From: Octopus sinensis
Taxonomy: Eukaryota
DNA: 64,000 bases
Reading direction: 5' to 3'
Assembly: GCF_006345805.1 (NCBI RefSeq)
Contig: NC_043015.1
Location: 11,346,001-11,410,000 of the forward strand
Below are positions 38,641-52,599 of this stretch, piece after piece. Each line of letters opens with the position of its first letter. Position 1 is the first letter of the stretch. A program made the translations under genes and the position numbers. The notes beneath the pieces are model-generated. The model ran no database searches, was not told where the DNA came from, and saw only the letters and a list, made by a program, of their open reading frames with translations.

Positions 38641-40555
38641 TTATATATATACAGTTATATAATCACAAACATATATTCATATGTATATATAGATATGTAT
38701 ATTTGTGTAAATATGTCTATATTGGTTTGCATATATGCATGTATACATGTATAAATATGTTTGCATATATGTATATTTGTATATATCTATATGAGTATGA
38801 ATGTATGTGTGCTTGTGTGTGTGAGTGTGTATGTGTGTGTGTGTGTGTGCGTGTGTTTTAAAATGTATTTTTATGTGACATTATGATTTTAATCATCAAA
38901 GAAATATACCAAGCCTTACATTTATAGATTATTTTATTAAATACTCATTTCCTTCTCTCGTTTGTTCCTTTCCCATTTTATTTATATTTTGCAATTACCG
39001 TTTGACTTATCTTAGAAAAACCATGTCCATATTTGTTTCTCATGGTCTTAGATGCTTTCCATATTTAGATTCCTATACATACAATTAAAATACAGTTTTA
39101 TATTTATATGTTCTTAAATTGGGATGGAGTAATTAGCGAAAATTCAAACTTGAAATTAAAAAGAAATTAATAAAATGAATCGATGAAAAATTTTGCTAAT
39201 TGATAAGAGAATATTCTAAAAGTTTTATTAAAAACTAAATCTAATTAATTTGGAACTAATAAAACTGAAAACAAAAAGCAGTATATAACTAATATATCAT
39301 ATAGACTTACTTTATTGTTGTTAAGATTCCAGAAAGTTTGGGGAAAACAATTTAAGTTTAATTGTTCTCGGTTTCTGTTTAAAAATAGTTGCTCTATCTA
39401 AACCCCCGCCCCCGACGATTTTGCATCGTCACAGCACTGTCTGATGTGGTCTATCATCATATGCGTTCTGTTTCTGAAATGCTTGTATTGTTTTGAATGA
39501 TATATTAGAATGCATTAGCTAACGGGATATTTCGTTATTGAAGCAGGTTGAGAATGAATTGAGGGAAATAAAGTTTAGAGACCATGTTAGATACAGATAT
39601 GACTATTTAAATAATTCTGGGAAACGGCATATATTTTGAAAATAATTTGTCTTAGTTACTATCGAGACTTTTGAATGTATAGAAGATAAAGGCTATACGT
39701 TGCAGGTTAAAAGACTAATATGCACAGAGTTGTAGGAGAACACTCCTGAAACTTGAAACCAGAATTGCTTACTGACTAATATTTAATTGCATAGCAACTT
39801 TTAATTAACTTTTTAATTTCCGCTGCATTCTATAAGTTGCCTACGAAAGTAATAGGTGTCAATGAAATGTTATGAAGACTTAACTTATGTAAGTTATGTA
39901 ATATGATAAATATTAAAACTTCAGAAGAAAACGTTTAGGAAAAAGATAATATTAGTCGAAAAAATTAATATATGCTTATCTTTTATGCCATTAGACATTA
40001 GTTGACATATGCTTCGCTCTTATTCTTCACTCACCAGCGAAAAATATGTTTCGTCGTGTTTTGAAAGTAGTAATGAGAATATGACTGTGCAATTGTTCGA
40101 GCATGTAAATTAGTGTGGCATAACGACTAAATCTAGTTATCACAGAATTAAGTTACTAATAAGCATATATGCATATATATGTTTACGTATATATATGAGT
40201 ATGTTTTATACATCCATATATATATTTGTGTGTGTATGTGTGTGTGCATACATATATATGTAGGCATGTATGTATGCGCGTATATATATATATATATAAA
40301 TATTATTCGAGACATAATTTGACACTGAATTATTGGAAGTCCACCTGAAGATTGTCGATCAAGACAAGAACGATTGTAGTGGCGGTTCTTTTGACTATTT
40401 ATTAAAATTTATGTATTGATTAAGTCTTTTTCCTTGTTTTTTTGCAAAATAGTGGTTTTGTCTCGAATAATATTTTATAATATTTTACTATAAAATCGAT
40501 TTAATCCTAAATCTGATTTTTCCCTGTAAATTTGGATTTATTCCCTAATATTTAT

Positions 40556-40647
<92 letters not shown>

Positions 40648-40652
<5 letters not shown>

Positions 40653-40860
40653 AGGGAGAGTTTACGAAAAAAAAAAAGACGAAGACAGGTGGTGTGTACA
40701 AACAACAGATGTATTAGTATAACGCTCAGGAATAGAAAAAGTCTTTTACCTTTCGAGCCTACGCTCTTCTGCAGAAAGGGACACAGAAAAAACAAGGAGA
40801 GAAACAAGGAGAGAAAAAAAATATGCGTAGTGGCTAACGATCTATCATGGTGACTAGTGT
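40648..40860 (-). mobile_element. (TA)n-embedded short element carrying hammerhead-like family A
   Basis: Ends in ttcctgagcgttatactaatac..ccacctgtcttcgtctt..ctccctata-(TA)n, shared with the 13.7 kb and 54.2 kb elements. Confidence 0.65.
40741..40780 (-). ncRNA. Decayed minimal type-I hammerhead ribozyme-like motif
   Basis: CTTT CTGCAGA A GAGC gtag GCTC GAAA G GT A AAAG: stem I 4 bp, stem II 4 bp, two substitutions from CUGANGA..GAAAC-GUH. Confidence 0.5.
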
Positions 40861-40904
40861 TGGACAGAAGGGTGCATGTATATATATAATATTTTAATAT
40901 TGGT

Positions 40905-41532
40905 TTGAATATTTTGGGGAAATCGATTTCCCGATTCCAGTGATCAACTGGTAGTTGTTTTTATCGACTCTATAACGATGAAAGGCAAGGTCAACCTAGG
41001 CGGAACTTGAAAACGAGAACTTCCAGACAAATGAAATGCCGCTAAGCATTTTGCCCAACGTGGTTCTACCAGCTCGCTGCCCTTATATGAAATGAAAGAC
41101 AAATAAAACGAAAGACATAATTAATAATATAAGGCTAAAAATTACAGGGACCCCACTGATTAACTGCTACTTAATTTATCGAACTCGCAGGATGAAAGGC
41201 AGGGTCTGTTTAGCAGGAATTTGAACTCAGAACATAAAAACAGGCGATATGCAGCTAAACGTTTTGTCCGGCGTACTAACGATTCTGCCAGCTTGGCACC
41301 TTAAAATAATTTATTAAAATCTTATTTCGAGCTGTCAGAATCGTTAGCCGTGCAAAATGCTTTACATTATTCCCTCTCTCTTTACGTTCTTAGTTCAAAT
41401 TCCGCTGAGGTTGATTTTGCTATTCATCCTTTCAGTGTCGACAAAATGGGTAACAGCCAAGTACTGTGGTGATAGATATAGACTTATTCCCTGTCGCTAA
41501 ATTATTGGTCTTGTACCAAAATATGAAACCAA
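40905..41532. mobile_element. Cluster of three SINE family 1 copies (-, -, +)
   Basis: ~40905-41085(-), ~41130-41302(-), ~41326-41532(+); the last two are head-to-head ~25 nt apart. Confidence 0.8.
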
Positions 41533-42428
41533 CATTAGCCTGCTATTAATATGGTACACTCTGATAGTTTCATGCGAAAAATTCCCAATTATGTAACCGT
41601 ACTATAAATTGGTGTAATAATACCATTATCTTGGTAAACGAGAGAGCCCTCTGAATAGCAATACTGATAGGAAATCTTACAACTCTTTTCATTGTTTTGG
41701 TAATATTTTATTGTTGTTATAGTTGTGCTGTCGCTGTTTGTGTTCTGGTGACTTTGCTGTTGTAGTTGCTGATTGATTCTAGAACAGACTCGATCGAGCA
41801 GACACGTCATTCTTTTGAAATACAATGTATAGTGGAAAAAAGAATTAGTGGAATCGTGATGGCTTTACTCCCTTCTTTCCCACTTTGTTCAGACGATTTA
41901 CGGAGAACCTCTTCAATATATGTAAATCCCATTGACATTTCGAACTTTATTTCCTTGTAGAATATTCTTTGTCGTAAAAGACGAAACTCACCTCCATAGA
42001 CAAGAACTAACACAGTAGAGAAATTATAATATTTTCGTTTATCTTCATTCTACCCGTTATAAATCATTATTTTTCTAGCTAATTAGGTGATCTATCGATA
42101 CTTGACGTGATATAAAAATATTTTTGAAAAAATACGTCAATAATGATTTAAAAGGAAACAAATCTGTATACGTGTTAGTCCGATCGTAGGTGTATTAGTG
42201 CGTAGAGGCAAGAGTGAGTGAGTGTGTTGTGTACATCATAAATATATACACGCACACATACACACCGCTGTATGTACATTCATACATACGCACATATATA
42301 AACATATACATATGTGTGTGTATATTAATGTATACATATCCATCTGTGTATGCGTGTATGTATGAAAACATATGCATATATATGTGTGTATATGTATATA
42401 TATATATGTATATATGTATGTATGTATG

Positions 42429-42546
<118 letters not shown>

Positions 42547-42683
42547 ATATATATATATATATATGAAATGTAGTGGCACATATATACATCTTTGGTTTTT
42601 GGCGTATTGACGCTCCTAAGACACAATAAAATACAGACACACATATGTGTGTGTGCGTGTATGTGGGTAAATGTGTAACTATA

Positions 42684-42752
<69 letters not shown>

Positions 42753-43752
42753 TATACATATATACATCCATAGCATAGCAAGGCACGTATTCATACGCAC
42801 ACACGCACATACACACATATATGAAACGTACGTAACACCCATTATTAAAGTACAATAAATGAAAGAAGATGCAATAGTATTTTGTTTTTAGTGATTATAG
42901 TCTTAGTTTGTCTTACTGTTGTATAAATGTCCATTGTTTCATTTTCTTTATCAGATTTTTATCTTCATTTGAGGTTATTTTGTTCGTATTGAGTATTTTG
43001 TTTAGTTTGTCTTATAGAAAGATTTATCTCCATCAATATACTGAGTGAGTTTATTTCGTATTAAAGTTACAACTTTTTTTTTTATAATCTGGTTTGAAAC
43101 AATAGATATCTGAAAAGAAAGAAACAAATCGATTGATTCCCTCATGAAAAGTAAGATAGAAACATTGTTAATGTAAGCATTGTTGTTGACGGCGGTGGGG
43201 GTTGCCAGCGCCCAGAGCGGCCATATTTGAACATAACAGTGATGAAAATATTTTTCAAACTACGAATACCGTTTTTTCAGTATATAGTTGAATGTAAAAC
43301 CTTTATTTAAATAATAGGATGGGAGTTCGGAGAGGTCTGGCTGCTATTTCTAAGAGCTTTATTACCTGTGTGAAGATTTCCTTTATGTTCAGAAATAATT
43401 CATATATTTAATATTCGAGTTCGTTTTGCATCTACAATTTTTTCGCAGGAAATATCAAATTTTTTACACTTGCTATTAATCCTCTTAAAGCTGAGTTATA
43501 AATAACGTAAACATCAAGATTATTAGAACTACAACTAGAACACTATATAGCATCTATGATAATTATATCTACCATCGGCACCAATGCGGCGACCAACATC
43601 GATATAAAGGTAATCAAGATATATGCAGATACTATATATATTACAATAATCATCAACAAAATGTAGATGCAATGTACGATGTGTCTACACCTAATATTAA
43701 TGTAATCATTAAACGTATTATGACCACATCCAGTAGCAATATATCGAATGGT

Positions 43753-43952
43753 TGAGGTGGTGATTTGGTACAATCGTTAGCCCACCGGGGAAAATGGTTA
43801 ACAGCATTTCGTCTGCCATCACGTTCTGAGTTCAAATTCAGCACATTCATCCTTTCGATGTCGATTAAATGAACACCAGTTGAGCCCTGGAAGTTGATAT
43901 AATCGATTGAACCTTTCCCTGAATTTGCTGGCTTTGTGCCAAATTTGAAACT
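43753..43952 (+). mobile_element. SINE family 1
   Basis: gaggtggtgatttggtacaatcgttagc..gcatttcgtctgcc..acgttctgagttcaaattc..ttgtgccaaatttgaaac. Confidence 0.85.
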
Positions 43953-43989
43953 GATATAGCAACTATATACGATGTAATTTCACTCATTA

Positions 43990-45335
43990 CACTATACAAC
44001 AATTTTCGGTGTCAACAAAAAAACAGTTCTCATGTACATTTATAACTAAAATTTCCTATCACATCACATTTTTTTTTTAATTACCGACTTGAAAACTATG
44101 CACTTTATACCAATTTCCACGATACCATAAATCTATTTTTACCCCCGTATTCAAATATTGAATATGTCCATTGTAATAAATTCATAAATATATAATGAAT
44201 CGACATGTTTGTTAGCATTATATAATGTATTAAACTACATTTTAGTATTTACTTCTTCGTTTATAAGACGTCTCAGGTATGTCATGCTTTAGGTTCCTAA
44301 AGAAGTCAGCCAGCATAGCTGGGCTCCATTTCCCCTTATATCTGTTTTCCATTGACGCTATATCCTGATGGAACTTCTCTCCATGTTCATCACTCACATC
44401 TCCTGCATTCTCTGAGAAGAAGGACAGATGTGTATGAGGAAAGTGTGTGTTCAGTGACATATGGCATCCGAGATCTTGATATCACTTGATTAGCCTCTCC
44501 ACTATACTCCCACGCTGGACCACTTGGTGCTTTCTCACAAGTTCTTTGCATATAGCTTTGAATACATGCCAGGCAGCTAGCTCAGTTTCATCCACTGTCG
44601 CCTCGACGTCCTCGTCATCTATAAGGGAAGTATCTGAGGGCCTACGAATATGCCCTCTTTAATGTTGGCATCACTTATTTTAGGGAAGATCGCCTTGAGG
44701 TACTGGAAACATGGCTTGTTATGTTGCAGTTATTTGGTAAGTTGCTTCATTAGACCGAGTTTTATGTGCAGTGGTGGAAAAAATGATTATCTCCTTCTTA
44801 ACTAGTGGCTCAGAATTTATGTTGTGGTATCCAGGCGTCATAGTTTCTTGAGTTGAACATTCTAAGTATACATAATGTTCTGATCTGGCCCTTCGGTTCC
44901 ACGTGCAAAGGAAGCACGTAAACTTGGTGTATCGAGTTTCTAGCCCATTAAGTAGGGCTACTAGTTTCAGGTCCGCACAAATTAGCCACTCATACACCCT
45001 GTAACATATAAGGGCTAGAATAAAAGTGAGAGTTTTGTATGTCTCTCTTAAAATGACTGAGTGAGTAACTGGAACTGAAGGAATGATATTTCCAATGTGC
45101 AACAGAATCGGTTTTATGCTTTAAAGGGATGAATCTATTAATAACCCCGCTCATTTGCTTCAAAGGCTCAATTGCATTGAATAGGTTTCTGATATCATCA
45201 CAATAAGTCAAGTTGTTTTCCAAAGTGAAGGATTGCGGTAGATCAGCAGAATGCTTCCTAAATTCTGTAATTCAAGCATCTTTATTCAACAAGTTCCATT
45301 GCTTCAGACCTAAGGCCAGAACGTCACTTTGTTGC
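43990..45335 (-). mobile_element. Chapaev3-like (CMC superfamily) transposase pseudogene with 3' terminus
   Basis: FIDSS..LLHIGNIIPSVPVTHS..LICADLKLVALLNGLETRYTKFTCFLCTW..PPLHIKLGLMKQ..EGIFVGPQI..HFPHTHLSFFSENAGDVSDEHGEKFHQDI..YKGKWSPAMLADF; terminus CACTATACAAC at 43990. The family name comes from remembered motif similarity. Confidence 0.85.
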
Positions 45336-45739
45336 TTAGTAAGTATTCATTTCTTTATTGCCCACAGGGGGCTTAGATCACGAACTAGATCATTGAGTTC
45401 AGGTTGGGGGATGAAGTGTGGTTTCTTATCAGATTTACCACGGACTTGGACCCATATAACTAAAAATGAGTGTACTTCTATAATTTAATAGGTGATGTTG
45501 ACAAGTATATTCGGAATACCAAATTAAAATTATATCAAAATCCGTTCATAACTTTTAGAGTTGTCAGTTTCGGCCCAATCCTGTTTGCACTCAAATCCTA
45601 CGGAACCATCAGTGTATTTAATATAACTCACAGAAAGAAACAGATGTTATATTCGTGATCTACACACAAAATACCCCAAGAAAAGGTTATTTCCATATCC
45701 GTTTTATTTTTCATTGTTATACAGAGTTATTAATCTCGC

Positions 45740-46420
45740 CAAGGTCGGTGAGCTTGACAAGATGCTTATTGGTATTTCGCCCGTCACTATGTTCTGAGTT
45801 CAAATTCCCTTGAGGTCGACTTTGCCTTTCATTCTTTCGGGGTCGAAAAATTAAGTACCAATGAAACACTGGGGTCTTGTGCTTGTAGAAGAAAGGATTA
45901 TTAATCTCGGTACCAGTACTATTATCACCATAACCAACAATAATATAGCTTGTGTAACTGTAATAACCCTTTCTACTAAATGCACAAGGCCTGAAATTTG
46001 GGTGGGGGTACTAGTCGATTATATCAATCCCAGTATTTCACTTAATCTATCCATCCCGAAAGGATGAAAAGCAAAGTCGATTTCGGCTGAATTTGAACTC
46101 AGAACGTAGCGACGACCGAAATACTGCTAAGCATTTCGATCCGACCAGCTAGCCGCAAACGATCCGGCCAGCTAGCCGCAAACGATCCGGCCAGCTAGCC
46201 GCCTTTACTATAGCAGTAATAATGCTATCTAATTTTGATACAAGGCCAGCATTTTTCAGAGCTGGAGTGCTAGTCGATTACATCGGAGCCATGCTTCCGA
46301 AAGGATGAAAGGCAATGATGACTTCGGCCTCATATGAGCTTGGAACATAAAGTGCCGAAAGAAGTGCCACTAATCAATTTGTCCGACTAATATTTGATTC
46401 TGTCATTTGGCTACCTGCTG
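45740..46420. mobile_element. SINE family 1 cluster (+, -, -)
   Basis: ~45740-45880(+), ~45975-46205(-, with a 23-bp internal tandem duplication at 46145-46202), ~46225-46420(-). Confidence 0.8.
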
Positions 46421-46726
46421 TAACTTTAGTACTGCAACAGGCATTATTACTGCTACTATATATCAGTTATAAAAATACTAATTGTATCAATGTAGCTATA
46501 TAACTGTTGAAAAAACAGCCGCCTAGTATATTATCACTAAGGTAGTTACTTTGTTACAACTACAGCCAACTTTAGAGAGCTATTATCTTTCTTCTACGTA
46601 CAACCTGCACAAACATCGACTATGTGTCTATTAAAAATACACATTATACAGTAGTTCAGCTTACAACTCTCTTTTGATTAGAACAACCACTTATATAGCA
46701 ACAACAATAACAACAACAACAACAAC

Positions 46727-46764
<38 letters not shown>

Positions 46765-47354
46765 CACTATTAATTAGGATTTTTTTTTAATGTTTTGCCT
46801 GTGTTTTATTTCTACCGGTTAACAAATTTAATTATATTTTCGAGATTATTTCCACCAAATTAGTTGAGTGTGATTATGTATAATTAGCCTTATTTTCAAA
46901 CTAGAAGTTTAAAATTATACAAATAAGCTAAAAAAAAATGTATTTTTACCTAATGCATACATGGAGACTTGCTGTTGCTACTGGTGTTCTCGATCTCATT
47001 AAATCCCTCATCTGTTTATCGAGGAGACGTATAATCAAAATATGTTCCGAGAGATTATATTACGTTTTATATATCAAGAACTACATTTTCTGCTATATTC
47101 CCCATTTAAGACGTTAAGATTTTATTGCAATGAGATTTGGCGAAATTTGGTGAGATTTGGCTGGTCTTCTTATCATTTGGATCACTCCACCTCGATACAA
47201 TAGATCTCTTGATTAATGCATTGATGTAAAATTACGTTTCTCTTTCTCTTTTCCTTTTTTGGAGTTTTTTTATAAATTTATGTTTTTGTCATTAATTCTA
47301 TGTTTTTGGATTCCTAAGCTTTGTTATAACGAAAATCAACATTATTATAATTAC

Positions 47355-48410
47355 CTATTTCTTTACTACCCACAAGGGGATAAACACAGAGAGGAAAAAC
47401 AAGGACGGACAAAGGGATTAAATCGATTATATCGACCCCAGTGCGTAACTGGTACTTATTTAATCGACCCCGAAAGGATGAAAGGCAAAGTCGACCTCGG
47501 CGGAATTTGAACTCAGAACGTAGCGGCAGACGAAATACCGCTAAGAATTTCGCCCGTCGCGCTAACGTTTCTGCCAGCTCGCCGCCTTATTATAATTACC
47601 ATAGGGTTAAGCTACACGCAACCCCAATGACGCAACCAGCACTATAATAATTATTTCCACTGTAGGCTCAAGACCTGGAATTTTGCCTGAGGGTGGGTAT
47701 TCTATTTCATCAACTTCGCTACCCAACGGGTACTTATTTTATCGATCTCGAAAGAATGATAGGCTAAGTCTATCTCGGTGGAATTGGAACCCAGAATATA
47801 AATCCGAAGGAAATAGCGCTAAACATTTACTCCGTCGCAATAAAGATCCTACTAGCTTGCTACCTTTAACACCACTTTAATAATTACCGTGTGAACAATC
47901 TGTAATTCTCTGATAAGTATAACCAAACGTAGTGTACTTAGACTGTTTTAAAGAATTAATGACACCAAGATCGCAGCTATTGTTGGTGTAAGTTATACCT
48001 ATTTATTTACTACCCATAAGGGGCTAAACGCAGAGAGGACAAACAAGGACAGACAAACGGATTAAGTCGATTATATCGACCCCAGTGCGTAACTGGTATT
48101 TAATTTATCGACCCCGAAAGGATGAAAGGCGAAGTCGATCTCGGCGGAATTTGAACTGAGAACGCTGCGGCAGATGAAATACCTATTCCTTTACTACCCA
48201 CAAGGGGCTAAACGCAGCGGGTGCAAACAAGGACAGTCAAACGGATTAAATCGATTACATCGACACCAGTGCGTAACTGGTACTTAATTTATCGACCCGG
48301 AAAGGATGAAAGTCGACCTCGGCGGAATTTGAACTCAGAACGTAACAGCAGGCGAAATACGGCTACGCATTTCGCCCGGCGCGCCAACGATTCTGCCAGC
48401 TCGCTGCCCT
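47355..48410 (-). mobile_element. SINE family 1 cluster, including a two-unit tandem copy
   Basis: 47355-47588 (near consensus), 47655-47875 (decayed), 47999-48410 (two ~185-bp internal units). Confidence 0.9.
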
Positions 48411-49394
48411 TGTTATAAGTTATGCCGCCAACTACAATATACGCACAAAAACCTATATAACTACACGGAACACTGGTTGCTATATAAACAACGTGGCTTC
48501 TATGACATGTATCGGAACAACCGACAGCAATCGTACTACAGCAAGGGTTGTAGCAGCCATAAGGAAATGGCATTCTAAAAATGCTTTGAGTGTTATTACT
48601 ACCACAGACACTAATATTACTGTCGTAACTATTGTAAATACCATCCATATTATAGTAGTCATAATATAGTTGTTATGATTACAGTCTACTGTTAGTGATG
48701 TCATTGCTACCAACACCAAATTACCTAAGGTGTTATAGCAACCACTAATGTGTCTATGATATACTAATGTGTTTATTATAACTGCTATAACATTCATCCA
48801 CACAAATATAGCTACTGTATAAGTTATAACTGGAGTGTTCATTCACCAATGTAACAACCGCGCCTTTTATCACTACCACTTCTGCCAATGATACTATTAT
48901 GGCCGTCATAATTACATAAATATCAATGTAGGTAACTATACCCAAAAACCGATGAAGTTAACATACCAAGGTTAGTACCCTAATTACCAAGAAATATCGA
49001 TATGATTCTTATGCCAATTTAGGGATTACTACTAATGTATGCAAAACAACTTCCAACATCGATATAATTACTTTGTTGTATCTATAATTAATGATACCGT
49101 AACAACGTTCGCTCTTAACAACAATTAGTGTCAGAAATTCCTTTAATTTTGCTTTCTATATGTGTGAGAGATCGATGCCTTGTTCGTGCATAAGGATAGT
49201 AAATATTCATAATCTAGTCCAAAACTATATTTTAAATATATATTCTACATTTATTTAGTAATTGGTTGCATCACTGTTATAACAACGCACAAAGCCGAGG
49301 TAAATGACATGAGTATTGTAACTAGTTCTAACACATATTCACCTACTCGATTGCAATATCCACAACAAACTACTATTACTAAAAGTGTTATAAT

Positions 49395-49793
49395 TCTTTA
49401 CTACTCTAGGCACAAGGCCTGAAATTTTGGGGGAGGGGAGCAGTTGATTAGATCGACCCCAGCATGCAACTGGTACTTAATTTATCGACCCCCAATTGGA
49501 TGAAAAGCGAAGACGACCTCGGCGGTATTTGAACTCAGAACGAAATACCTATTTCTTTATTACCCACAAGGGGTTAAATATAGAGGGGACAAACAAGGAC
49601 AGACATAGGTATTAAGTCGATTACATCGACCCCAGTGCGTAACTGGTACCTAATTCATCGAACCCGAATGGATGAAAGGCAAAGTCGACCTCGGCGGAAT
49701 TTGAACTAAGAACGTAACGGCAGAGGAAATACTGCTAAGCATTTCTCTAAGCATTTCGCCCAGCATGCTACGTGTCTGCCAGCTTGCAGCCTT
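49395..49793 (-). mobile_element. SINE family 1, complete two-unit copy
   Basis: 3' end ctaggcacaaggcctgaaattttggggg, two internal units, head ctgccagcttgcagcctt. Confidence 0.9.
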
Positions 49794-50057
49794 ATAAACG
49801 TTATGATTATTACTACCAACCTCACTGTTTCAGCTACGAATGTTGTAACAAACTCCTTATATTAATATTATTACTTACTACCGATACATACAATAATGTA
49901 CGTACTTTAAACATAGATATAGTTTGTATGACTCTTAAAGGTACCATCCACACTAATGTAGCTACTGTCACTATATCAAGGGAAGCTAATGTAGTCACTG
50001 AGACTATGGCTACAACCAACACTAATATATCTATCAGCGCCGTTATCTGACGTTATC

Positions 50058-50511
50058 ATAAGGCCGCATCGTTAGCTCGCCTGAAAAATTCCTCGCCTGA
50101 AAAATTCCTCGCCGCATTTCTTTCGGCTTTATGTTTGAAGTTCAAATCCCGCTAAGATCGACTTTGTTTTTCATCCTTTTGGAGCTGGTAACATGGGAAC
50201 ACTAGGGTTTTTGCAATTAACTACCTGCTTCTTCCGACGTTTCAGCCTTTGTGCCTATAGCAGAAAAGATTATATTATAGTGGTCGTATACTGTCAACTC
50301 AATGTGACAGTCCCGTAAGGGGATTATACTGCTGCCATTTAACCCTAGGAAACATCGACGTCTCCTGTCGGCTTTACTAAATCATATATCATATAATCTT
50401 TTCTGCTATAGGCACAATGGCTGAAATGTCGGAAGAAGCAGGTAGTTAATTGCAAAAACCCTAGTGTTCCTATATTACCGGCTCCAAAAGGATGAAAAAC
50501 AAAGTCGATCT
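50058..50511. repeat. Decayed SINE with a 121-bp inverted duplication around a 115-bp spacer
   Basis: 50155-50275 vs 50391-50511, 116/121 complementary; spacer related to the 13.2-kb fold-back sequence. Confidence 0.92.
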
Positions 50512-50519
50512 CCGCTTTA

Positions 50520-50770
50520 CATTCATCAGTCGTTTACGCTCCACCGGACTAAATTGGCTGGTGAAGGATGTTCTTGCTTGTTCCCAAGCCCATTGTTCCT
50601 AAGCCCATTGTTCCTTCCATATGATTCTGAGACTGACCACGTATTCCTCCCATCTCAGGGACTGTCCCTGTTGGCTACATTGCACCAAATGTACAATTCG
50701 CATTTCTCTTCATTCCTTTCTCACTTCGAGTACCAGCTTTTACACAGCTCATGCAAAATGGCTTGAAATT
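50520..50770 (-). mobile_element. HERO/R2-like (REL class) LINE fragment
   Basis: QQGQSLRWEEYV..IIWKEQWAWEQART.. and HPSPANLVRW, resembling the QG-W-WE..LPSP-NL-W region upstream of the CCHC knuckle; internal 15-bp duplication. Confidence 0.5.
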
Positions 50771-51618
50771 GGGTGATCCTAGATCGGCTCTCGCTCGTTG
50801 CGTCGCTCTAGCTATATCGGCATGCTTTAGCTTACTCGTGTTTTTACGGCATTATGTATCAATTAATCCACGTGGACTACAAACAAATCTTTGGAAATAC
50901 GCAAAACTACGCAGTAATAATTGACTGCCTTTAACACAAATACTTCTTTCAGTAATTTATTTCATTTTATGCAGGACACACATGTTTTGAATTAACCAAC
51001 ACCATCTTGGACATGTTGCAACAACATTTTAGACACAGTGGCATATCCGATTATGGATTCATATGCCCGCATGATTGATCGACAATTCATAAAACTTCTA
51101 AGTCAGAACATATAGGCCATGTAATAAAGCTATGTAATTAGTAATAATGTTTTTGTTTCTTAGAATCAGCTGGTATATCTTATGTGTATGTAGCTGTTTA
51201 GAGGTGTAAATGTATTATGTGAATTGTATGTGCATGTAAAAAAATGTTCAGATTTGTCAATGCTGCAAGTTTAACGTTTCTGTCTTTTCAGTTGGTTATT
51301 CCTGACCGTTTAATAATCAAACAAGCGAAAACGTGAAACTCAGAGTTCTGACAATTACGAGTCTTTCTGTTATAATATATTTAAGAATACACTATATTAA
51401 TGTAAAACTCTGAAATGTATCTTCTGTTGGTAAATCAAGTGTGTGTGCATGTGTGTGTGTGTGTGTGTGTGTCAATGTGAATGTTTGTGCGTTTATCCAT
51501 GTGAATATGTATGCGTGTGTGTGTGTGTGCTCACCCACGTGTGTGAGTGTTTTTTGTGTGTAACACGGTGAGGGTACAGATAGGCAAACAATTAGTATTT
51601 TTGGTATGAGATTATAAC

Positions 51619-51657
<39 letters not shown>

Positions 51658-52261
51658 TAATTAGAGGATAGAAAGGAACACTTCAGGAGTGTAGATCACA
51701 ATAAAGGAATAAATAATCGACTTAGAAATGTTCATAAGGGTTCTGATATGCACTTGTATTCTCCAGGAGCTGTGGTAAGGAAAGTTCTTATTATTGATAT
51801 TAGGTAGTAGGTTAGGTGTGATCATTGTTGGTAAAATCCAAAGCTGGATCTGGAGAGGAGAGAAAATCTTCAGGTAGTACCTTATTGTTATTTCAAGAAT
51901 ATATGCACAAGTGGTGCTCTTTCTGGAAGAAGTCTTACGCAAGCATTCTCGTAGAAATGTATTCCATTTTCAGCTGTAGGGGTCTACTTCTTCCTTTATC
52001 TCATCCAGCTTTGGATTTCACCTATAATGACCTGCCTTAACTCTTGAAACATAACCTTCTACCCCCAATTGTATCAGCATATTATTATATAAATGCTATA
52101 ATGTGACTGAATATCAGCTGTTTGCCTATTTATAATATTATTCTGCAGGAAGTCCATAAACTATATTTGCAATTTCCAAAATTTAGAATAGAATGAAACA
52201 TTAGAATAACTCAGCAGAGTTTATTGCAATACATAGGCAAACAAATGAACATTTCCAAGTG

Positions 52262-52383
52262 GTATCCATTTACGGGGACGTAAGCACACTAACATCGGTT
52301 GTCAATTGATGGTGACGACACACACACACACGCACACACTCACATATACATATACATATACATACATACATACATATATACAA

Positions 52384-52416
<33 letters not shown>

Positions 52417-52578
52417 GATAGGCTTCTTTCAGTTTCTATCTAGCAAATCCACTCACAAGGCTTTGGTTGGCAGGAGGCTATAATAGAAGACACTTGCCCA
52501 AGATGCCAGCCGGTGGGACTTAACCAGGAAAGATGTCGCTGGGAAGGAGGTTTCTTACAACACACCCACTACTGTGCC
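52262..52578 (-). mobile_element. SINE family 2
   Basis: ttacggggacgtaagcacactaacatcggttgtcaa..(ta)n..ggcttctttcagtttc..aaatccactcacaaggctttgg..gaagacacttgcccaag. Confidence 0.88.
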
Positions 52579-52599
52579 TACTATTTTATATATATATAT

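Noticed and set aside
41807-42013. Protein-looking ORF (-) with a perfect GAG|GTGAGT donor, and a plus-strand acceptor giving NILCRKRRNSPP*
   Set aside because: Conflicting strands, no recognisable homology and no compatible partner exons identified.
48420-50050. Thr/Val/Ile-rich ORFs between SINEs
   Set aside because: Eroded (ACT/AAT)n microsatellite with frequent stops; not mucin exons.
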